From Octopus sinensis (taxonomy: Eukaryota), in assembly GCF_006345805.1 (NCBI RefSeq), contig NW_021828062.1, forward strand, positions 1 through 36,067: a stretch of 36,067 nt of DNA, in the 5' to 3' direction. The position numbers and the translations under genes were made by a program. Each line of letters starts with the position of its first letter. Within the stretch, counting starts at the first letter, position 1. Below the pieces are notes generated by a model that saw nothing but the letters and a program-made list of their open reading frames with translations, had not been told where the DNA came from and searched no databases. Shown in pieces: positions 25,019-33,475 of this stretch.

Positions 25019-26267
25019 CAGGCATACCTCAGCTTAAGTCATTTCAATTTAAGTCGTTATTTATTATATGTTGGTTTTCAAAAATAATATATGGAAAAAT
25101 AAAAATCAAGTTAAGTCATTTTACTCAAGTTTTCGTCTGTCTGTCATAAATTTTGGAATTGTAAAATCACTAGAGAACCATTAAAGGCACATAAAATCAG
25201 GTTACTGTATAATAAATAAGAATAAAAGCATGTAAAATATGTACAGTAAATGTTAAGATACTCACCATAAAGTAGTGTAGCTTAGTGAATGAAATCATGG
25301 AATCAGTTGTGTTGTCTTATTTATTGGTCTTTCAGAACTCGTATTGCACTGTAGTTCCAATATCTATTGTTAGGCGTTGTTGTCACTCGTGATTCCTGTG
25401 ATTGTTTTGAATTCAGATTTATTTACATCTGTTTATCAGCTACTTTCTCATTCTCATTTATTTGTGATTCTTTATTTTTTGCCCCCATGGCTACTAAGAA
25501 AATTCATATTGAAAGTGCTAAGCCCCATGCTATAACACTAGAAGATAAACTGGCTGTGATAAAACACCATGGAAAAAGTGAAAAAGTGGTAGCAATGCAT
25601 GATCTTTCAGGATGAGTTGGACAACTGTATTGACGATTGTATATAAGGACAAGATTTTAGAAGATATGGAATCTGAAGTCCCAGGGATGAAGAACACTGT
25701 CATCAATAAGAAAAGAGGCAAAATCTTTGAAGAAATGGAAAGATTTCTTTCTCTTTGGATTGTTAGGTTGAATTGTCAGTATGCTACTATTAGTCAAAAA
25801 AAAATCATTCAAGAGAAAGCGTTGTATTTTTGTTTGATGACCAGAAGAAAAAATATCCAGATGAGAAAGATGTAGAGTTCAAGGCAAGTCAAGGATGGTT
25901 CATGAGATTTAAGGAGCAAAGAAGTTATCACTCCATTAAGAATCAAGGTGAAAGTGCATCAGCTGATGAACAAGCAGCAGTGGAATTTCCTAATGCATTA
26001 AAGAAAATCAGAGAAGAAAACAGGTTTCTTCCCAAACAGATTTTTAATGTAGATGAAACTGGATTGTATTGGAAAAAATTGCCAGACCGTTCATTCATTT
26101 CCAAGGAGGAGAAAACTTCCAGGACACAAGGTCTCAAAAGGTGTGATCATTATGTTAGGAGGGAATTGTTGGTTTTGCCTAGAGACAAGTTAATTCGGCT
26201 TAAATCATTTTTTTGCTCAAGTCGTATCTCCTGGAACCAGTTAACAATGTAGGGTGAGGTATGCTTG
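25019..26267 (+). mobile_element. Internally deleted Tigger/pogo DNA transposon (1249 bp)
   Basis: TIRs CAGGCATACCTCA (25019-25031) and TGAGGTATGCTTG (26255-26267) match at 12/13. TA flanks both ends and the element encloses a transposase pseudogene. Confidence 0.93.
25487..26170 (+). pseudogene. Frameshifted, truncated Tigger/pogo transposase (HTH-psq, CENP-B HTH, start of DDE domain)
   Basis: Three overlapping frames: AITLEDKLAVIK; EEMERFLSLWI...IIQEKAL; FKASQGWFMRFK...GESASAD...QIFNVDETGLYWKKLPDRSFISKEEK. Then MLGGNC, after which the DDE domain is deleted. Confidence 0.9.
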
Positions 26268-26305
26268 TATATACATATGTATGAATATATCTATCTATCT
26301 ATCTA

Positions 26306-26341
<36 letters not shown>

Positions 26342-26346
<5 letters not shown>

Positions 26347-26494
26347 GTCAAGAGACACCCTTACCACCGCAAGTTCTCCGACAGAAACACACTACATAAA
26401 AGGCTAGCGATTCATTTTCTTTCTTTTGCTAGCCTTTTATGTAGTGTGTTTCTCTCAGAGAACTTATGGTGGTAAGAGTGTCTCTTGAGGTCTA
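26342..26494. repeat. Foldback palindrome: 67-bp arms (61/67 complementary), 19-nt spacer; MITE-like or hairpin RNA
   Basis: Arms 26342-26408 and 26428-26494. The inner 26 bp are perfect and both termini are TA. Confidence 0.95.
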
Positions 26495-26652
26495 TTTTTC
26501 AGTGAGTGGTGAGGCACAAGCCAAGCCCTTGTTATAATTATTTATAAAATTTACCTATGAGGTTTTATTTCCGCGCTGACCACTTGGTATAAATCATTAA
26601 TGATTTTACCCTTTTATTATTATTATTATATATATATATAGGTAAATATATA

Positions 26653-26709
<57 letters not shown>

Positions 26710-26711
<2 letters not shown>

Positions 26712-27340
26712 ATAATAATAATTATTATTATTATTTGAGGGAATAAAATCGAAATTTACAATGAAAAAATTCAATTTAGAAATACTAAATCAAATTTCAC
26801 ACAATATAATATATATATATAAAATTAGAAAAAAATCCACCTTTTATCAATTCAAAATGAACAATTAAATTACACCATCTAGAAAATTACTTATAATAGA
26901 AATATTAAAATTAAAATTTAATTCTATTAATAAAATCTTTAATATTATTAATAAGTTTTAAAATATATTCTTTTCTAGATGGTATAGGAATATCCTTCAA
27001 TGATGAATTCCAAAAGAGTGGTTCTATTTTACCTATAAGTTCCATAACCGACGATAATGTGGGTAATTTATCAGAAACATTAGTTATAAATATAATAATA
27101 ATTATTATTTGAGGGAATAAAATCCAAACTTACAAGGAAAAAAATTCAATTTAGAAATACTAAATCAAATTTCACACAATACGTTATTATTATTATTTTT
27201 TTGCAATTTACTTAATCATTGACATTTTATTGTTATTTTATTTTAATATTTCTATTATATGTAATTTTCTAGATGGTGTAATTTAATTGTTCATTTTGAA
27301 TTGATAAAAGGTGGTTTTTTTTCCAATATATATATATATT
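26710..27340 (-). mobile_element. Penelope-like element remnant with direct and inverted repeats
   Basis: Minus ORF 27045-26911 MELIGKIEPLFWNSSLKDIPIPSRKEYILKLINNIKDFINRIKF* resembles the PLE N-terminal 'SLKNIPIPS..EY..KLI.....FI.R' motif. Direct repeat ~26727-26805 / 27101-27180 and perfect 54-bp inverted repeat 26837-26890 / 27261-27314. Confidence 0.65.
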
Positions 27341-27341
27341 T

Positions 27342-27580
27342 AACAATTGCAGCGTGGAAGGTGTTTGTAAGCCATTTAAGAAACACACAAAAGCCGTTCG
27401 ATTCACTTCACCATTTAAGTTTAATTTGTCAAAATATTTTCGTCGCTATAAGACCGCGACCTGTTCACTGACAAAAATCTATGCTGCACAGATGCAGCAC
27501 AAACACCTTCCACGCTGCAATTGTTTCCGTTCCAGCACACGATCTCATTTCAAATCACTTGCTATGCAAGTATCTCTCCC
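27342..27580. mobile_element. Penelope-type pseudo-LTR fragment with inverted partial duplication
   Basis: Perfect 27-bp inverted repeat 27342-27368 / 27499-27525 enclosing a hammerhead motif; small hairpin TGCTGCA-CAGA-TGCAGCA at 27482-27499. Confidence 0.6.
27425..27475 (-). ncRNA. Minimal type I hammerhead ribozyme candidate with G3:C8 variant core
   Basis: Minus strand: TTTGTCA-GTGAACA-G-GTCGC-GGTCTTATA-GCGAC-GAAA-ATAT-TT-TGACAAA. Stem I is 7 bp, stem II 5 bp, and stem III 1 bp with palindromic loop ATAT. Confidence 0.65.
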
Positions 27581-27595
27581 TAATATATATATATA

Positions 27596-27946
27596 GGCGC
27601 AGGAGTGGCTGTGTGGTAAGTAGCTTGCTTACTAACCACATGGTTCCGGGTTCAGTCCTACTGCGTGGCATCTTGGGCAAGTGTCTTCTACTATAGCCTC
27701 GGGCCGACCAAAGCCTTGTGAGTGGGTTTGGTAGATGGAAATTGAAAGAAGCCCCTCGTATATATGTATGTGTGTGTGCATGTTTGTGTGTCTGTGTTTG
27801 TCCCCCTAGCATTGCTTGACAACCCATGCTGGTTTTTTTACGTCACCGTCACTTAGCGGTTCGGCAAAAGAGACCGATAGAATAAGTACTGGGCTTACAA
27901 AGAATAAGTCCCGGGGTCGATTTGCTCAACTAAAGGCGGTGCTCCA

Positions 27947-27947
<1 letters not shown>
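27596..27947 (+). mobile_element. Young SINE family A copy lacking its last ~40 nt
   Basis: GGCGCAGGAGTGGCTGTGTGGTAAG...GGTTCAGTCC...TCTTGGGCAAGTGTCTTC, collinear with 14060-14416, CpGs retained. Stops at GGTGCTCCAG. Confidence 0.9.
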
Positions 27948-27977
<30 letters not shown>

Positions 27978-27980
<3 letters not shown>

Positions 27981-28779
27981 TTTTACTTGTTTCAGTCCTT
28001 TGACTGCGGCCATGTGGTTAGGTAAGTAATCTACTTACCACACACACAAACACACACAGTAATAAGAAAATGGAGGGGATCAATAGATGGTTCATCAACT
28101 TTTAGACATTATATTATGTAACTTATTTATTTATTTACTAATCTGACAATTACTATAATATACATACATGTATAACATATTATGCTTTACATATTTATGT
28201 ATATGTATATATAGGAAGTTATATGGCGTTAGGAAGGGCATCCAGGTGTAGAAACACTGCCAGATCAGACTGGAGCCTGGTGCAGCCTTCTGGCTTCCCA
28301 GATCCCTGGTCGAACCGTCCAACCCATGCTAGCACGGAGAACGGACATTAAACGATGATGATGTATATATATATATATATATAATATATATATATATATT
28401 CTTTTACTTGTTTCAGTCCTTTGACTGCGGCCATGTGGTTAGGTAAGTAATCTACTTACCACACACACAAACACACACAGTAATAAGAAAATGGAGGGGA
28501 TCAATAGATGGTTCATCAACTTTTAGACATTATATTATGTTAACTTATTTATTTATTTACTAATCTGACAATTACTATAATATACATACATGTATAACAT
28601 ATTATGCTTTACATATTTATGTATATGTATATATAGGAAGTTATATGGCGTTAGGAAGGGCATCCAGGTGTAGAAACACTGCCAGATCAGACTGGAGCCT
28701 GGTGCAGCCTTCTGGCTTCCCAGATCCCTGGTCGAACCGTCCAACCCATGCTAGCACGGAGAACGGACATTAAACGATG

Positions 28780-28785
<6 letters not shown>
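27978..28785. repeat. Near-perfect tandem duplication (27978-28363 and 28399-28785; period 421/422) bounded by (TA)n
   Basis: The supplied ORFs at 28131 and 28553 are identical; I see only a single 1-nt indel between copies. Each unit holds a minus-strand mini-SINE and an RTE 3' tail (28224-28363, 28646-28785). Confidence 0.95.
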
Positions 28786-28821
<36 letters not shown>

Positions 28822-28822
<1 letters not shown>

Positions 28823-28875
28823 TTCTTCTCTAGTCTCAGCTCAGAGCTGCGGCCATGCTGATGCACCGCCGTTTA
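28822..28875 (-). mobile_element. SINE family A-type 3' end fragment
   Basis: Reverse complement GGCGGTGCATCAGCATGGCCGCAGCTCTGAGCTGAGACTAGAGAAG. Confidence 0.65.
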
Positions 28876-29295
28876 AAAGTAAGGTCAAGTTCGCTACAGG
28901 GTCATTGGTTTAAGTTAAAGAGACCGAATGGAGGATTCGGGATCAACTTAGCAAGATCGACAGGCCTAGACTGTATAAGGGTGATAGACTGAGTCGAGCA
29001 CTTCCTAATGAGAAGAGGGAGAATGAACGTTATCACATATATGTATATATGTATATATATATGTATATATATAATAGTGTAATAAATATAATATATGCAT
29101 ACATACATACATATATGTACGTACCTACATCTACATGTATATATACATGCATATATAAATATATATACGTGAGTACAGGACACTACAAATAGACGTAGAA
29201 CTCAATGAGAAACGAAAACGTAAAAACAAACATGGAAACAGACCTTTTTTTTAACAACGAAAAAACAGAGTACAAGACAAACAACACAAGGAAAA

Positions 29296-29353
29296 TTCCC
29301 CTTCATCAGCTGTCCCTAGTACGACTCCATGCGTGTTTCGAAGGTGAGGACAG
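29296..29353 (-). ncRNA. Permuted (type II-like) hammerhead-like motif, degenerate
   Basis: Minus strand: CTGTCCTCACCTTC-GAAAC-ACGCATGGAGTC-GTA-CT-AGGGAC-AG-CTGATGA-AGGGGAA. Both core boxes and a GUA triplet are present, but stems are weak. Confidence 0.3.
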
Positions 29354-29614
29354 AACACGACTCGCGAACTAGCCCTTCCTGCGAAAGAATTAAATAAAAT
29401 TCCTTCGCAGAGGGGTAAAAACAAGGAAAGAAAAAAATGTGATAAAAACAGGACGTAAAAACAATACAAATAAAATTACAAAATAAAAATACAATTACAA
29501 AAAAATACAGTACAAGAAATAAAAACAAACAATGAGGGCCTTTTTTGGCCTAGACGAGGAAAGATTCTTAAGAGCGCAGGAAGAAAGTGTGTTCACTGTT
29601 AGAAAAAAATCCCA

Positions 29615-30016
29615 TTTTCCATAGCGGTGTCGTATGAAATTGTCACCCATAATTATAACCCTAGTATCGATCTATTGCATTTCAATCTATTTTAGATTTA
29701 GGGTTAGTTAGGGTTAGGGGTGGGGGAAGGGTATCTTTTTTCTTCACAAATGTAAATAAACCCAATCTGTTTCTTAAAGGAGGGACATATTCATACAGCA
29801 CTGAATGTTGTTTACCTAAATGGAGGTCAGCGATTGGTTAAAATTGCCGAAATGCTCGAAATTAAAGACGAAATATTTTACAACATATAGAATTTTCTCA
29901 ATAAAGCCAAGAAAAAATGATGTTTTATAAACACATTCTACCCGTATATGAAGTTTAAAAGTATTTAGTTAACTAGAAATTATGTTACAGAGTGCCGTTC
30001 AAAAGGAAAAGATCCG
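29615..30016. repeat. Probable non-autonomous interspersed element with internal TTAGGG-like tract
   Basis: CpG-containing block with TTTAGGGTTAGTTAGGGTTAGGGG (~29697-29720), ending TGCCGTTCAAAAGGAAAAGATCC. Class and boundaries uncertain. Confidence 0.45.
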
Positions 30017-30030
30017 CACCACTTCTAGCC

Positions 30031-30093
30031 AAACAATTATTCTGTGCTGATGAAGAGAAATAACCCAGAAATCGTGATACACAGATATTGTTT
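30031..30093 (+). ncRNA. Type I hammerhead ribozyme motif (canonical core, decayed stem II)
   Basis: AAACAAT-TAT-TCTGTG-CTGATGA-AGAG-AAATAA-CCCA-GAAA-TCGTGA-TA-CACAGA-T-ATTGTTT. Stem I is 6+7 bp, the CUGAUGA and GAAA boxes are intact, and the triplet is AUA (cleavage after 30079). Confidence 0.7.
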
Positions 30094-30319
30094 TGAGCTG
30101 AGTGGGGGTGCTAGATTCCCTTGTTTGAAAATATAAGGACACAGTTCGTGTCGTATAGCCAGCTGGAGACGATGTCTCCTGGGGCTAAATTACAGCAACA
30201 TTAGTCCTAAACCAGGACTGCCATGTTATATTGGCAAACAATCTTTACTACAAAGTACTGTTGCTGAATGTCTCACAATGTGACATTTAGAAATAGTAAT
30301 TTTCCAACTTATATATATA

Positions 30320-32018
30320 TAACTCTTTCCATTTCTTGCTTTGTGAAGAGTCCATCATTGATTTGCAAACTGTCAAGTATCTTTGCTAATTCTTCATTTT
30401 CTGTTTCACTGTTAACTTCTGGATCCCTCCTCCCAAGTAAGTCGTGCAAATCAGTGTACCACTTCTTGATTCTTTAATCCTTTGATTTCCCTTTGATGAT
30501 TCCCTGCTTTGCCACCAGTAATGGCATGAATCAACCTCCAGCTTTCTCCGTGCTTACTCTTTGTGTCTGCATTTTCAACCTGGGAGATCATTTCATCCAG
30601 TTCTGCTTCTTGAATCTCTTGGTACATCTGTTTTAGAGGCTCTTCTTTCTTTGTGAAGTTTGTTTAGTATCGTTGTTGGCAGCTTTTTGATAGTTGCTGA
30701 ATGCCTCTTGTACTTCACTGTGTGCTTTTTCTACCGTATGATCATCAGCTAACTTTCTCTGTTTCATCCTTTTCTTTATTGGTATCAGTTTTGTTGCTGC
30801 TTCTTCGTTTGATTGCACAAACTTGCCATATTGCTCTGTAACAGTATCCCTGTTGTCGGATAGTTCAGCAACTCTGTTAGGCACTGTAACCACATAAAGC
30901 TGTTGAAGTTCTGTATTTCGCAATGTAGACCAATCGTAGCATTCCTTGTTGCAGGAGTTTTGCTTGTACATAGACTAAGATGTTGTCTGGCTGTCACTAA
31001 GTGATGGTTACCCCCTAAGCTGCTAAAGCTATTATATGGTTCTACATTGTGTACAGAATTTTTCCATTTCTTATTAACCAGTATGTAATCTGTTTGGGAC
31101 TTGTTACCATTCATGTCGGAGATAAACATCCATTGTTTTCCTTTCTTTTCCTTGAACAGAGTTCTAGTGATGCAAAGATTACATTCCACCACATGATCTA
31201 GGAGAAGCTGGCCATTATTGTTGGTCTCCGTATGGAATGTGTAGGGGACTGCATCCTCCCCTAAATAAGCATTAAAATCACTGCATTCTATGTTAACATG
31301 GTGTTTTGTTATTTCATTGATGACATTTGTCATTGCTTTGTAGTGCTCCTCTGCATCCTTGCTTCCCACCATAGGTGCATAGTTATTAACTACTGTGGTG
31401 GATGGGTTTCCATTGAACGTGGCTGTGACTATTCGGTCATTTACCAGCATTACTTTGGCCAATGCTTTCTCTGCCAAACCGTTGATTACTGATCCTGCTG
31501 CAGCACCATTAATTCTTCTCCTTGCATTTGTTGTTATTAGTGTGCAGCTTTCAAGTTGTTCAATGAAAGTAAGGTCTTCTTCATGTACTATCCTGTGTTC
31601 AACTACTCCACGGATGTTTAGTTTGCACCTGTTTAAGTTGTTAGCCATCTCCAGAGGTTTCTCTTTTTCCCTAAGTCTTCTTACATTGAGTGTTCCAAAT
31701 TGCAGGTACTTTTTACTATTCTTAAGTTTGATTCCTCTGTTCTTGCCATCTGCTACTTCTCTTTCAGTTAGATTTAAAGAACTACCTTCATCAGTCTTTA
31801 TGCGACTTGCTTGAACATCTGGAATGTTTGAGTCAGGGGTTCTAACCCTGGTGCTGTTAATGCGTAGATTCATAGGGGTTTCGGTTGTATATACTATAGA
31901 AGTCACAGGGTGCTGCTCCATGTGGTCCCATAGTTTCCGTCTAACTAGGAATATTAGGGTTTCATCCATTGTCTTGTATTCAACATCCTCTGCATGATGT
32001 CCTGTTATTTCAAAGCTA
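30320..32018 (-). mobile_element. Inverted 5' half of an RTE/RTE-X-type LINE: APE endonuclease and linker (frameshifted)
   Basis: ORF 32056-30785 has APE motifs GTLNVRRL, YAP, SDFNA, NNNGQLL, QTDYILV and GNHHLV (mutated SDH). It continues in shifted frames through 30971-30633 to ...SWRLIHAITG...GLFTKQEMERV at ~30320. Confidence 0.92.
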
Positions 32019-33040
32019 CCAGAAGTACTAAAAAGATGTAATTTAGATGACATCATCCTACTAATTTAGATGACAACAAACTACTAAATGACAATGTCAA
32101 GCCAGACCAATGGTCTGAGACAGACTTGCTACCGCTGCCCAAAACTGGAGACCTAAGTGATACTGGGAATTACAGAGGGATCAGTCTGTCATCCATTGTT
32201 GCAAAAATAGTCAACAAGATGATACTTAACCGAATACAACCTAAGATAGACAAACAATTGTGACCAAATCAAAATGGATTCAGATCAGGCCAGTCAACAT
32301 CTCACATTGTCGCACTTAGAAGACTTGATAGAGGAAGGCTATCATTATCTATGTTGACTTTAAAAAAAGGCTTTTGATTCAGTACATAGAGGAAGATAAT
32401 GAAGATACTTAAAGCATATGATATTCCACCAAGAATTCTGAGAGCAATAAATAAACTGTATGAGAACACCGGAGCGAAAGTGCTCACTCCCGATGAAGAG
32501 ACGGAATAATTTGAAGTCAAAGTTGGAGTATTACAAGGCGATATACTAGCACCTTGTCTCTTCAACATTGTTCTGGACTTTGTAATGCATAGAACATACT
32601 AGGGCAAAGAAGAAGAACTGGGATTCAAACTGCATAGGCAGACAGCATCAAACAGTAACAGTAACTGATCTAGACTATGCTGATGACCTGTTATATGAGG
32701 ATGTTTAGAATGGCACTTTTAATGTCTCCTGGAAGAGTCATACACCAAACACCGACTCATTCCAGGGACTACCAAAAGTAACATTGAAGATGCAGCATAG
32801 AAGGATGAGGTTAGCTGGACACTGCATCAGACACACCGATGAAATTGCTAACAAGCTAGTGCTCTGGAAACCAATGGAAGGAAGAACCAGGAGAGGAAGG
32901 AGGAAGCCGACCTGCATTGACAACTTGCTGGAGAATACTGGTACGGAAGGGGTACAGGCGCTGAGGACCATTATGGAAGATCGAGATGAATGGGGAAAAT
33001 GTGTGGAAAGTCTTGGGGTGTCCTGACGGACGACCTAGAT
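32019..33040 (+). mobile_element. 3' half of the same LINE: RT (degenerate, internal deletion) and C-terminus
   Basis: PEVLKRCNLDDIIL, PLPKTGDLSDTGNYRGISLSSIVAK, PNQNGFRSG, YVDFKK/AFDSVHR, GVLQGDILAPCLF, DLDYADDL, then RRMRLAGHCIRH...KLVLWKPMEGRTRRGR. Confidence 0.92.
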
Positions 33041-33315
33041 ATGTGTATGAATATATATGTATATATATATATATATATATGTAAAAATATATATATATGT
33101 ATGTGTATATGTGTGTATAAATGTATGTATATATATGTGTATACATGTGTATATATATGTATGGATATATATATGTATATCTATATATATATGTGTGTGT
33201 GTGTATATCTATATAATGTATATACACATGTATGTATATGTATGTGCGTGTGTATATATATATATATGTGTGTGCGTGTGTGTATACACACACGCACACA
33301 TGCACACACATACCA
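33041..33315. repeat. Long degenerate (TA/TG/CA)n microsatellite
   Basis: Read directly. Confidence 0.95.
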
Positions 33316-33321
33316 TATGCA

Positions 33322-33475
33322 TCTTTCAATGTCAAGGTACCAGATCCACTCTCAAGGCTTTGTTTGGTTGGGGGCTGTAGTAAAAGATGACACTTGCCTC
33401 AGGTACCATGTAGTGGGATTGAACTTGATACTATGTGTTTGGGAAATACACATCTTAACCACACAGCCACACCTG
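33322..33475 (-). mobile_element. SINE family A head
   Basis: Reverse complement CAGGTGTGGCTGTGTGGTTAAG...AGTTCAATCCCACTAC...CCTGAGGCAAGTGTC. Confidence 0.75.

Noticed and set aside
26730-26765. TGAGGG...TCGAAA resembling half a hammerhead (also ~27110-27135)
   Set aside because: The CUGA part and stem I are absent in both copies.
30785-32056. 423-aa ORF as an intact endonuclease gene
   Set aside because: It is chimeric. The N-terminus reads antisense through RT sequence across the inversion junction, the SDH motif is mutated and the C-terminus is frameshifted.
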